Counted from the first letter of the stretch, positions 1 to 8,582 are shown. The stretch: DNA of 17,278 nt from Thermodesulfovibrionales bacterium (GCA_963715195.1 CAVQRT010000015.1:1-17278), one strand, 5' to 3'. The notes: generated by a model not told the origin, from the sequence alone. Made by a program: numbers and translations.

Positions 1-591
1 CTCCGGGAAAGAGCGCCTCAACGTATTCCCGACCGGACCCATGCCGATAGTTTCAAGGAAAAGGCATTTCCTGACCTGAGTGTTTCCGGTCAGACCGGAA
101 AGCCCGGACAAGAGACAGAGGAGATACCTGCTACAGCGAATTCAGGCCGGAAACAGGATAAACCTGGTCCCCCCGCAAGGGATAAATTATTCGACCGGGG
201 TATTATTGGTGACATAGCAAAACGGAATCTTGAAAGAGAGGAAAAAGAAAAAAAAGACAAGACCTTCACATTCGATACAAAGGAATACAGATATTTAATC
301 TACAACCGGCGGCTGAAACAGCGTATCGAGAGCATATGGGTCTATCCCCGGGACGCTGCAGCGCAGGGCATTTACGGAGACCTTGTTATCAGATTTACGA
401 TTCTCAAGAACGGGGATCTGGGATCTGTTGAACTTGTAAGGACATCGGGTCACAAAAGTCTCGATGATGCTGCCATAAAAGCCCTGCAAGATGGAGCTCC
501 TTACTGGCCGCTCCCGAAAGAGTGGGCAATGGAGGCGTATACCATAGAAGGTCTTTTTATCTACACGCTTTACGGGTACTATGTACTGTAG
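1..591 (+). CDS. Energy transducer TonB family protein, 5'-truncated by window edge (absent from the ORF track)
   Basis: Frame 1 is open from base 1 to TAG at 589-591. A Pro/charged linker is followed by ...LKQRIESIWVYPRDAAAQGIYGDLVIRFTILKNGDLGSVELVRTSGHKSLDDAAIKAL..., a TonB C-terminal domain pattern (YP..A...G..G...V.F.I...G; SG...LD.AA). Confidence 0.88.
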   Translation, partial: LRERAPQRIPDRTHADSFKEKAFPDLSVSGQTGKPGQETEEIPATANSGRKQDKPGPPARDKLFDRGIIGDIAKRNLEREEKEKKDKTFTFDTKEYRYLIYNRRLKQRIESIWVYPRDAAAQGIYGDLVIRFTILKNGDLGSVELVRTSGHKSLDDAAIKALQDGAPYWPLPKEWAMEAYTIEGLFIYTLYGYYVL

Positions 592-633
592 GGTATACTT
601 ATTGGTGGAAACGGTGAGAGCGCGAAAGCATAC

Positions 634-855
634 ATGAAACCAAGGCTTTATCTGAAAGTTGGTGATTCGGTCAGACATCTCCGTCAGGAGGCATGGGGAG
701 ACGGCCAGGTGATAGAAGAGAAGCATTCTGTCTTGCCGGGAGGCCTCTGCATGGCAAGGGTTTTATTTGAAGATGGCATAGAAAGATCATTTATAAACGA
801 CCTCAATAGCGAACTCTGCTGCTTTTACGCAGGCATCAGAATCTACAGATTTTAA
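634..855 (+). CDS. Small hypothetical protein, DUF3553/SH3-like (GDxVRH...WGxG motif)
   Basis: 73-aa ORF with GDSVRHLRQEAWGDGQVIE; family assignment from recalled motif only. Confidence 0.6.
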   Translation: MKPRLYLKVGDSVRHLRQEAWGDGQVIEEKHSVLPGGLCMARVLFEDGIERSFINDLNSELCCFYAGIRIYRF

Positions 856-903
856 GAAACAAGTGAAGTTTCTCATGTAACCTACCATTATAAAAGAATT
901 TTC

Positions 904-932
904 TTGACAAAATTCTCCCACAGTGGTTTAAT
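904..932 (+). promoter_or_regulatory. Sigma70-type promoter for the HD-GYP/kinase operon
   Basis: TTGACA (904-909), 17-bp spacer ending in TGG (extended -10 TG at 924-925), TTTAAT (927-932). Confidence 0.65.
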
Positions 933-939
933 TTTTTAA

Positions 940-1944
940 ATGGCACCTTTTACCTGTCTAATCGAAAAGGCCACACCGGTTATCTTAGTTGTTGATGATC
1001 TGAAAGCCAACATTGACCTGTTGGAGGCAATTTTTCTGAAAGAAGGCTTTACGGTGCACAGCGCACAGGGGGCAGCCGACGCGATACAGCTTTTTGAAAA
1101 ACATCATGTCGACCTCGCGGTAGTCGATGTTATGATGCCCGGCATAGATGGGTTTGTCTTGTGCTCCATGCTGAAACAGAAAGCAGGAAAGAATTTTTTC
1201 CCCGTCATACTCCTTACCGCCCTTTCAGACAGGCCCAGCAGGATCCGAGGTCTTGAATCAGGGGCTGACGATTTTATCAGCAAGCCATTTGATACCATGG
1301 AACTTCTGTTGAAAATACGCTCTCTTCTCAAACTGAAGACTCTCCAGGAGGAGCTTGACCACTCTGAAAACATTATCCTCACCCTTGCCGTGGCAATGGA
1401 GGCGCGTGATCCTTATACAAAGGGGCATTCCACACGGGTGAGCAAACTCTCCATGGATTTTTGCTCCTTTCTCGGCCTGTCTGAGCGGGAGCGGGAAGAG
1501 ATGAAAAAGGCGGGCATCCTGCATGATATCGGAAAGATATGCCTCAGTCAGTCCATCCTCCGCAAACCCGGGCCCTTAACAACAGACGAACAGGAAATGA
1601 TTAAAACTCATGCGCTCCTTGGTGAAGATTTATGCAGACCGCTCGTCTCCATGAGAAGGATCCTCCCGGCCATCCGTCACCACCATGAGCGATGGGACGG
1701 CAATGGATTTCCCGACAGACTTGCCGGACAGGATATTCCGATCATGGCCCGCATCCTCTCGATTATGGATTCCTTCGATGCCATGGTATCGGTGCGGCCA
1801 TATCGTGACCGAAGGTCGGTTAAATCCGCCCTTGATATGATGAAAAGGGAGCAGAAGAGCGGCCAGTGGGACGTCGAGTTGCTCGGATATTTTCTCAACA
1901 TGATGTCTCCCGTAGCAGAGAAAGGATACCGGGTAGATGCTTAG
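940..1944 (+). CDS. Response regulator with HD-GYP c-di-GMP phosphodiesterase domain (RpfG-like)
   Basis: REC domain (ILVVDD, VVDVMMPGIDG, FISKPF); RDPYTKGHS, LHDIGK, HHERWDGNGFP (GYP->GFP), DSFDAM..RPYR. Confidence 0.93.
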   Translation: MAPFTCLIEKATPVILVVDDLKANIDLLEAIFLKEGFTVHSAQGAADAIQLFEKHHVDLAVVDVMMPGIDGFVLCSMLKQKAGKNFFPVILLTALSDRPSRIRGLESGADDFISKPFDTMELLLKIRSLLKLKTLQEELDHSENIILTLAVAMEARDPYTKGHSTRVSKLSMDFCSFLGLSEREREEMKKAGILHDIGKICLSQSILRKPGPLTTDEQEMIKTHALLGEDLCRPLVSMRRILPAIRHHHERWDGNGFPDRLAGQDIPIMARILSIMDSFDAMVSVRPYRDRRSVKSALDMMKREQKSGQWDVELLGYFLNMMSPVAEKGYRVDA

Positions 1945-4900
1945 GGTAGCCATTGCAGGCGGCAACATCGCCGCAAGCGCCCTGATTTCCCTCCTCAGGG
2001 GAGACGCAAATGTAGAGCTGATAGGAGTCTACGAGAAGAAACCTGACACACCAGGTGTCATTCTCGCAAAAAAGTGGAACTTACCGGTTTTTGATGAGAT
2101 ACGCTCATTCTGCTCTGCGAACCCTGAAATGGTCATTAACGTTAGCGGTGACGCACATCTCAGCGACGAAATACGGTCGGTATCAGCCGGCAAGATAGAG
2201 GTGATCGAAGGGATAGGGGCCCGGTTCCTCTGGGAGGTAATCGAGAAACAGAAAAGGGCAAAAATAGAGGCATTCAGGACACTTGAAAACCAACGGGTCA
2301 TCTTCAGCCTGCTTTCAAAAATCTGCGGGGCAGATCAGTTGCCGGCTTTCCTTGAACTCCTGCTCGAAAAGGCACTCGCTTTGGTGGAAGCCCCTACCGG
2401 ATGTATCGCCCTCTCTAAACATGATGAGATGAGGATCATGGTGTCCAAGGGTTTCAGCAGGCAATTTGAAATGGATGCAGTTTGGAGCATGACGCCGGGA
2501 GATATCATTGATGTGGTATTCAAGGAAAAAGAAATCCTGGCGGTGAATGATGCCCTCAAGTCAGACTACGCAGGGATAACGCCGTTCCTTGCCGGGGAGA
2601 ACATACGGGCTCTCCTTGCATGTCCTGTTCTCCTGAAGGATGCACCATCCGGAATTCTCTTCATTACCGATTTTAAGCCGAGGATATTCACTGAGAGACA
2701 GAAGGCTTCCCTGAATCTTCTGGCAGGACTGATAGGAATTTGTCTTGACAGAATGGCCCTGCTCGATAAAATCGAAACTCTGAATCTTCGGTCTCAGGAA
2801 CTCATGCAGGCGATCGAAAGCAAAACGCGGGAGATTGAAGAGCTGAAGGGGGACCTTGAGAAGAAGGTGACCGTAAGGACCGGGGAACTCGAAAAAATCA
2901 ACAGGGAACTCGAATACGCAAATCAGCTCAAGGGAAGGTTCATCGCAAACATGAGCCATGAACTCCGAACTCCCCTGAATTCAATCATCGGATTCTCGGA
3001 TGTTCTCCTGGACAGGACCTTCGGAGACCTCTCAGAAAACCAGGAACGGTATATAAAAAATATCTACACCTCGGGAAAGCATCTGCTGGAACTCATCAAC
3101 AATATCCTCGACTTCGCAAAAATAGAATCCGGCAAATATGAAATGATCTATGAGACATTTCCGATCGACGATGTAATTTCTGAGGTTGTGAATACGATGA
3201 AGCCTCTTTCCGGGAATAAATTCATCGATATTCTGACGTCGATCAATGAAAACATCGACACGATAACGGCCGACAGGGTAAAACTGAAGCAGATCCTCTA
3301 TAACCTCCTTTCCAATGCAATAAAATTTACGCCTGAAGGGGGTATGGTGAGGGTTTCTGTGGCACAGGAAGATCAACCGGAAAAGTACTATTTGTCTCAG
3401 GTGCCAGGCATTGAGTTCATTCGATTTACTGTACAAGATACCGGTATCGGAATAAGTCCTGAAGACAGGGAAAAGATCTTCGATGAATTTGAACAGGCAA
3501 GCTCCTCCTTTGCGACAAAATACGGCGGCGTCGGACTTGGCCTTGCCCTCACCAGAAAGCTCGTTGAACTTCACGGGGGGATGATAACGGTAGAAAGCAG
3601 CCCCGGAGAAGGGAGCACCTTCATCTTTCTCATCCCCGTTACCTCCCCTGTTGCAGAGGCGGCTGCCCCTGAAGCTCTGACGGAGGCAAGCCTCACGTTC
3701 CCATGGATGAAGGAAGGTGCCCCTCTGATCCTCGTTGTTGAGGACGACCTTGCAACCGCTGAACTGCTTACCCTGCACCTGACCCAGGCTGGCTATAAAG
3801 TTGCGCACGCATTCAACGGGCAGGAGGCGCTTGAGAAGGCAAAGACTCTTCATCCGTTCATTATCACCCTTGATGTTCTGCTGCCCAAGAAGGATGGGTG
3901 GGAGGTCCTGCAGGAACTGAAGACCGACGGTCAGACAGCAGACATACCGGTCATTATCCATTCCATCGTTGACAATAAAGACCTTGCCTTTGCCCTCGGA
4001 GCAGCGGACTATCTCATGAAGCCCCTCGATAAAGATGTCCTTATCAGAAAGCTTGAGGAGATTTCTGTTTCTAAAGGTAAAAAAGTCCTGCCGGTCTCTG
4101 TCCTGATCATAGAATCAAAAGATGAAGTCACACAGAACTTTAAGGAAATTTTTGAATCACACGGGTTCCTCATCTATACGGCGCCGACCGGGAAACGGGG
4201 CATGGAGCTCGCAGCAGTATTGAGGCCCGGGGCTATTCTTTTGAATTTTACCCTGCCCGATATGCTTGGATTTGATGTAATCAGGGAGATAAAGGAGAAT
4301 CCTGCAACAAAGGACATCCCTATCTTCATCCTGACGGAAAGAGATCTTTCTGTTGACGACAGGTTATCTCTTGTGGGAAAAATTGAGCGCATCGTCCAGA
4401 AGTATTCATTTGACACAAAAGAACTGATAGGTCATATCAAGGAGCTTGAAATCCTCTATCCGAGAAGGGCCGGCCTCGTCGATGAGCTGACAGGAGTATT
4501 TAGCCACCGGTATTTTCAGATCCGGCTCGCACAGGAGGTGGAGCGCGCTACACGATACAAACTGCCCCTGAACCTCCTGCTTCTCGACCTGGACTTTTTT
4601 GATCAGTACGTAAAGAACCATGGTGATCACTACGGCAATATGACGCTGAAGAAAGTTGCCGAACTCCTGAGAAAAAATATACGGGGTTCTGATATTGTTG
4701 TACGGTACGGAGGAGATTCATTTGCCATCATTCTTCCCAATACGGTTGTCACTGCCGCCCTTTCGATGAGCAACAGATTTAATGCAATCATCAAAAATTA
4801 TCCGTTCATCTATGAGGATTCCCAGCCCAAAGGGCATATTACCGCGAGCATCGGGCTGACGTTCCTTGACGGACAGACAACAGAAGAATTCATCCTCTGT

Positions 4901-4999
4901 GCCGGAAAGGCCCTTGCCACGGCTTTGGACAAGGGAGGGGACAGGGTAGAAGTATACTCCAGGGAACAGTATGAGCGAGAAGAGGTCGAGCAGTACTGA
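1937..4999 (+). CDS. Hybrid sensor histidine kinase: Rossmann-like N-terminus, GAF, HisKA, HATPase, REC, pseudo-REC, degenerate GGDEF
   Basis: H-box MSHELRTPL; N-box NLLSNAIKF; DTGIG; GGVGLGL; REC1 VVEDD/TLDVLLP/LMKP; REC2 with Asn at the phospho-Asp position; C-terminal RGSD-IVVRY-GGDSF. Overlaps the upstream stop by 8 nt. Confidence 0.92.
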   Translation: MLRVAIAGGNIAASALISLLRGDANVELIGVYEKKPDTPGVILAKKWNLPVFDEIRSFCSANPEMVINVSGDAHLSDEIRSVSAGKIEVIEGIGARFLWEVIEKQKRAKIEAFRTLENQRVIFSLLSKICGADQLPAFLELLLEKALALVEAPTGCIALSKHDEMRIMVSKGFSRQFEMDAVWSMTPGDIIDVVFKEKEILAVNDALKSDYAGITPFLAGENIRALLACPVLLKDAPSGILFITDFKPRIFTERQKASLNLLAGLIGICLDRMALLDKIETLNLRSQELMQAIESKTREIEELKGDLEKKVTVRTGELEKINRELEYANQLKGRFIANMSHELRTPLNSIIGFSDVLLDRTFGDLSENQERYIKNIYTSGKHLLELINNILDFAKIESGKYEMIYETFPIDDVISEVVNTMKPLSGNKFIDILTSINENIDTITADRVKLKQILYNLLSNAIKFTPEGGMVRVSVAQEDQPEKYYLSQVPGIEFIRFTVQDTGIGISPEDREKIFDEFEQASSSFATKYGGVGLGLALTRKLVELHGGMITVESSPGEGSTFIFLIPVTSPVAEAAAPEALTEASLTFPWMKEGAPLILVVEDDLATAELLTLHLTQAGYKVAHAFNGQEALEKAKTLHPFIITLDVLLPKKDGWEVLQELKTDGQTADIPVIIHSIVDNKDLAFALGAADYLMKPLDKDVLIRKLEEISVSKGKKVLPVSVLIIESKDEVTQNFKEIFESHGFLIYTAPTGKRGMELAAVLRPGAILLNFTLPDMLGFDVIREIKENPATKDIPIFILTERDLSVDDRLSLVGKIERIVQKYSFDTKELIGHIKELEILYPRRAGLVDELTGVFSHRYFQIRLAQEVERATRYKLPLNLLLLDLDFFDQYVKNHGDHYGNMTLKKVAELLRKNIRGSDIVVRYGGDSFAIILPNTVVTAALSMSNRFNAIIKNYPFIYEDSQPKGHITASIGLTFLDGQTTEEFILCAGKALATALDKGGDRVEVYSREQYEREEVEQY

Positions 5000-5477
5000 A
5001 TACTTCTACGATACCTTTGCAAGCCCTATAGGGGTCCTGTATCTGCTCTGTTCCGGGAAGACCCTTTACGAGATCGATTTTCAAAAACCTACCGGGGCTC
5101 TCCGCAAAGGAACCGCCCCTCCTCTGCTCGAAAAGGAACTGAAGGAATATTTTGAAAACGGCAGAGAGGAATTTACCCAGAAAATAGCATTCAGGAAGGG
5201 GACAGCTTTCGAGAAGGCGGTCTGGGAAGCGCTCAGGGAAATCGCCTACGGTGAGACGCGGACATACAAATGGCTTGCTGAAACAATCGGAAAGCCGAAA
5301 GCATCAAGGGCAGTCGGCCAGGCACTCAGCCGCAACCCGATACCGATAATCATCCCGTGCCACCGTATCATCGAATCAGACGGTTCTCTCGGTGGGTACT
5401 CCGGCGGAATCGATATCAAGAGGCGGTTGCTGGATATGGAATATTACGGAAAACTTTCAAAGAAGAGCGATTCGTGA
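4971..5477 (+). CDS. ogt: Methylated-DNA--protein-cysteine methyltransferase
   Basis: GTAFEKAVW, IAYGETRTY, RAVGQALSRNPIPIIIPCHRII (PCHR active site), GGYSGG. Confidence 0.95.
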   Translation: MSEKRSSSTEYFYDTFASPIGVLYLLCSGKTLYEIDFQKPTGALRKGTAPPLLEKELKEYFENGREEFTQKIAFRKGTAFEKAVWEALREIAYGETRTYKWLAETIGKPKASRAVGQALSRNPIPIIIPCHRIIESDGSLGGYSGGIDIKRRLLDMEYYGKLSKKSDS

Positions 5478-5499
5478 AAAAAATGGGGGGAAACATAAC

Positions 5500-5814
5500 A
5501 TGAATGAAATTGTCGTCTTCATAACTGCCCCGAAGGAAGAGGAGGCGGTAAAAATTGCATATGCGCTTGTTGAGGCAGGGCTTGCCGGCTGCGTCAATAT
5601 CCTGAAAAATATCCGCTCCATCTACCGATGGGAAGGCAAAATAGAAGATGAAAAAGAAGTCCTCATGATCGCAAAGACGAAGAAGAAGCTTTTTAAACCA
5701 CTCGAGAAAAAAGTGAAAGAGCTCCACCGTTATTTGGTCCCCGAGATAATTGCCGTACCGATTGTTGGGGGTTCGGCAGATTATCTTCAGTGGCTCAAGG
5801 ATGTAACCGGCTGA
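5500..5814 (+). CDS. cutA: Divalent-cation tolerance protein CutA
   Basis: Start reassigned to ATG 5500 (GGGGGG upstream). MNEIVVFITAP...LAGCVNI...SIYRWEGKI...ELHRYLVPEII...YLQWL; 104 aa. Confidence 0.93.
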   Translation: MNEIVVFITAPKEEEAVKIAYALVEAGLAGCVNILKNIRSIYRWEGKIEDEKEVLMIAKTKKKLFKPLEKKVKELHRYLVPEIIAVPIVGGSADYLQWLKDVTG

Positions 5815-5821
5815 TACGATC

Positions 5822-6634
5822 ATGATTAAGGCGGCTTTCTATCAATTCAATCCTCTGTTTGGGCGTGTTGAGGAGAATATCAACAAAGTCTTCACTGCTC
5901 TGAGAAAAGCCGATCCCGGTCTCCTCGTCCTCCCTGAATTTTTCGCAACCGGCTATCAGTTCATATCACGGGACGAAGTGGCAAAGCTTTCAGAAGAAAT
6001 ACCGGGAGGGTACACAACCCAGCGCCTTATAAATCTTTCCCGGAAGAAGAATCTGCATATTGTTGCGGGTCTGCCGGAAAGAGACGGCAGGAGATTTTTC
6101 AACAGCGCCATCCTTGTCGGCCCCGCGGGATTCATAGGCACATACCGCAAGACTCATCTCTTTTTCGAAGAGAAACTCTATTTCAGTGCAGGGGACACAG
6201 GGTTTCGAATTTGGGATACGGGGATAGGACGCATCGGCATCATGATCTGCTTTGACTGGTTTTTCCCCGAATCAATGCGGGTTCTTTCACTCATGGGAGC
6301 GGACATTGTTGCACACCCTGCAAATCTCGTGCTGCCCTATTGCCCTCTGGCAATGCCGGTCCGGTGCCTGGAGAACCGAGTTTACGCCGTCACTGCAAAC
6401 CGTATCGGGGAAGAGAAAAGAAAAGAAGAACAGGCCTTGCGCTTCATCGGTCAAAGTCGCATCGTTTCACCGGAAGGCAACGTTCTGGTCACTGCCGATG
6501 CACATGAAGAAGCTCTCATGGTAATCGAACTGGACCTTGAAAAAGCAAGGAACAAGGCTTTGAATCCCGCAAACAACCTCTTTACCGACCGGAGGCCTGA
6601 GATGTACTTGAATCTGACAGAACAGAAATTTTGA
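5822..6634 (+). CDS. Carbon-nitrogen hydrolase (nitrilase superfamily)
   Basis: E-K-C catalytic triad motifs LPEF, YRKTHLF, ICFDWFFPE. Confidence 0.93.
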   Translation: MIKAAFYQFNPLFGRVEENINKVFTALRKADPGLLVLPEFFATGYQFISRDEVAKLSEEIPGGYTTQRLINLSRKKNLHIVAGLPERDGRRFFNSAILVGPAGFIGTYRKTHLFFEEKLYFSAGDTGFRIWDTGIGRIGIMICFDWFFPESMRVLSLMGADIVAHPANLVLPYCPLAMPVRCLENRVYAVTANRIGEEKRKEEQALRFIGQSRIVSPEGNVLVTADAHEEALMVIELDLEKARNKALNPANNLFTDRRPEMYLNLTEQKF

Positions 6635-7317
6635 ACACCCATTACTGGCCGAAGACAATCTTTGAGGCTAAAGCTGTCCAGAGCACTCTCAAGAACAAAG
6701 TCAGAATAATCCCCCTAAGGAAGAAACCCCGATACCTTGCCAGTGTTGACGCAGCGTTTAACGGTGACAGGGTCATCGGTGCAGCATGTCTCTACCGTTA
6801 TCCGGAGATAATGCTTGTTGATGAAACATATGCGGAATTGAGGAATCTGTTTCCGTATGTCCCGGGATTTCTCAGCTTCAGGGAAGGTTCGGTTATTATC
6901 AAGTCTATCGGGCAATTACCGATCAAACCTGATCTCATTCTTTTCGACGGGCAAGGCATAGCGCATCCCCTCGGATTGGGGCTTGCATCTCATATGGGGG
7001 TAGTTCTGAATATACCTGCAATCGGATGTGCAAAATCGCGGCTGGTCGGGGAATACAAAGAACCAAAAATGGAGAAGGGTTCGTGGTCCCCCCTTCTCTA
7101 TAATGGTAATGTAGTTGGCGCTGTGCTGAGGACAAAGGATAGCGTCAGGCCTCTTTTCATTTCGCCCGGCCACAGAATTGACCTGCAGACTTCAATCGAA
7201 ATTGTCCTGAAATGTATCACTAAATACAGAATCCCCGAACCCTTACGGAGGGCAGATTTCTTATCAAAAAGAATTAAAAGAGAAATAAGAGAACCCCACT
7301 TTGGGAAAGGGGGGTAA
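6631..7317 (+). CDS. nfi: Endonuclease V (deoxyinosine 3' endonuclease)
   Basis: SVDAAF, FPYVPGFLSFRE, FDGQGIAHP, GCAKSRL, FISPGH, YRIPEPLRRAD. TTG start overlaps the upstream stop. Confidence 0.95.
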   Translation: MNTHYWPKTIFEAKAVQSTLKNKVRIIPLRKKPRYLASVDAAFNGDRVIGAACLYRYPEIMLVDETYAELRNLFPYVPGFLSFREGSVIIKSIGQLPIKPDLILFDGQGIAHPLGLGLASHMGVVLNIPAIGCAKSRLVGEYKEPKMEKGSWSPLLYNGNVVGAVLRTKDSVRPLFISPGHRIDLQTSIEIVLKCITKYRIPEPLRRADFLSKRIKREIREPHFGKGG

Positions 7318-7328
7318 GGGGAGATTTT
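7294..7328. repeat. G/C-run REP-like palindromic element
   Basis: CCCCACTTT-GGG-AAAGGGGGG-TAA-GGGGAGATTT, an imperfect hairpin overlapping the nfi 3' end. Resembles a recalled CCCCCTTT...AAAGGGGG...GGGGGATTT repeat type. Confidence 0.5.
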
Positions 7329-7373
7329 TGGGAAAAATGAAGATATTCATAGTGAACTCTGCTCGAATGGTTA

Positions 7374-7434
7374 TCATTCCCGCTTGGCGGGAATCTTTAG
7401 ATTATTCAGGATATAGATATTCTGCGGGAATAAT
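7374..7434. repeat. REP-like hairpin (TCATTCCCGC...GCGGGAAT type) with degenerate partner; possible terminator between convergent genes
   Basis: Perfect 8-bp stem ATTCCCGC-TTG-GCGGGAAT (7376-7394); a second GCGGGAATAAT at 7424-7434. Confidence 0.55.
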
Positions 7435-7444
7435 GTAATCTCGA

Positions 7445-7786
7445 TCAGCAGGTCAAATGCAAAGCTGCGATAACTTTCCTCTCCTTCTGTAGTGCATGAA
7501 AAAGATCGATTGCTTTCCCTGTTCGTTCGATATGAACATGAATGCCTTTTGACTCAAGATGCGTTATGGTTTCCTTCGGGACTTTCATCACCCCGAGGGC
7601 CCCGGTTCCAATGATGACAGCCTCCGGATTGGCAGCGATCGCTTCTTTCAAATCCTCAGCATGCAGCGTATGACCTTCTTTCCGCCACCAGGAAGCATCA
7701 ACCCGGCCAGGATAAATGATGACATCTGATGTATACGTATTGCCGTCAATGACAATCTTTCCCCAGGAATAATGGTCGACCTTCAT
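7445..7786 (-). CDS. Mth938-like (DUF498/AAMDC) domain protein
   Basis: YSWGKIVIDGNTYTSDVII, WWRKEGH, VIIGTG..G, T..A...F, C-terminal AALHLTC. ATG 7786 preferred over GTG 7801. Confidence 0.88.
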   Translation of the reverse strand: MKVDHYSWGKIVIDGNTYTSDVIIYPGRVDASWWRKEGHTLHAEDLKEAIAANPEAVIIGTGALGVMKVPKETITHLESKGIHVHIERTGKAIDLFHALQKERKVIAALHLTC

Positions 7787-7840
7787 TTCACGTTGATCCA
7801 CCTTGTGTGTTATTCTGTGTTATTCTATATAGTATCATAC

Positions 7841-7938
7841 GGGAGTGTATAGGGCTCTGGTGTCCCTCCCGGACTTCAAATCCGGTGTTGCCTGTTACAA
7901 ACGGGCAGGGTGGGTTCGATTCCCACACGCTCCCGCCA
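7841..7938 (+). tRNA. selC: tRNA-Sec (anticodon UCA)
   Basis: 8-bp acceptor stem GGGAGTGT/ACGCTCCC, discriminator G, CCA; anticodon arm CCGGA-CTTCAAA-TCCGG; long variable arm TGCCTGT/ACGGGCA; T-arm GTGGG-TTCGATT-CCCAC; 98 nt. Confidence 0.96.
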
Positions 7939-8207
7939 ATGTTTTCTGCAATATTAGTCAGTTACATATTAAGAATACTCCGAAAAACCTTCCGTAATTG
8001 TGGGGGAACCGATCATCAGGATGTTGTGAACGCAACATTTGAGTTTGAATTGGTGGCAAGGCTTTCGTAGAATAACAAGACTACCCATCCGTATATTATT
8101 GGTTGGTTTTATTGATCACGATCAGAAAGGAAAAAAAAGAGAAGAGAAAATGTGGAAAGATGATATATCTTTCTTGAAAGACAGATATCAAGAAATTATG
8201 AGCGGCA

Positions 8208-8582
8208 ATGAATTATAAAAAGAGTATCGGTGAACTTCAAGATTTGATTTTTGAAAACTTATTAAGTCCAGACGACGATCGATTTATTTTTGGTTGTTGG
8301 CTTATAGTATTCCTGGAAAAATCATCGGGTGAGCAAGATCGGACAATAATAAAAAAAGCTGTTTTGGATAGAAGAAACCTGTTCAGGAAATTCCAAGAGA
8401 CACTTCAGTATTATCATACGCAAATTTATGTATTTCTCATTCTGTGTCTGATACTGGATATTGAACCAACCGAAGAAGAAATAGATCTCGGCATGAGCGA
8501 GCTGTCTGTCACACCGGAAGATAAGCAAATGGCACAGGAATTTGTTGATCGAGTCAAATATTCACGGATATTACAGAATTGA
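8208..8582 (+). CDS. Hypothetical protein
   Basis: 124-aa AT-rich ORF, co-directional with neighbours; no motif recognised. Confidence 0.55.
   Translation: MNYKKSIGELQDLIFENLLSPDDDRFIFGCWLIVFLEKSSGEQDRTIIKKAVLDRRNLFRKFQETLQYYHTQIYVFLILCLILDIEPTEEEIDLGMSELSVTPEDKQMAQEFVDRVKYSRILQN

Noticed and set aside
295..726. 143-aa minus-strand ORF
   Set aside because: Antisense shadow of the TonB and DUF3553-like genes; no motifs.
1104..5084. Many minus-strand ORFs, including 309 aa at 3032-3961
   Set aside because: Shadows of the well-supported plus-strand signalling genes.
5392..5499. N-terminal extension of CutA in the ORF track
   Set aside because: Overlaps ogt; CutA similarity begins at ATG 5500.
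7807..8070. 87-aa ORF
   Set aside because: Runs through tRNA-Sec.
8021..8218. ATG TTG TGA followed by an open frame, considered as a selenoprotein next to selC
   Set aside because: No evident SECIS hairpin after the TGA, no redox motif and no convincing SD.
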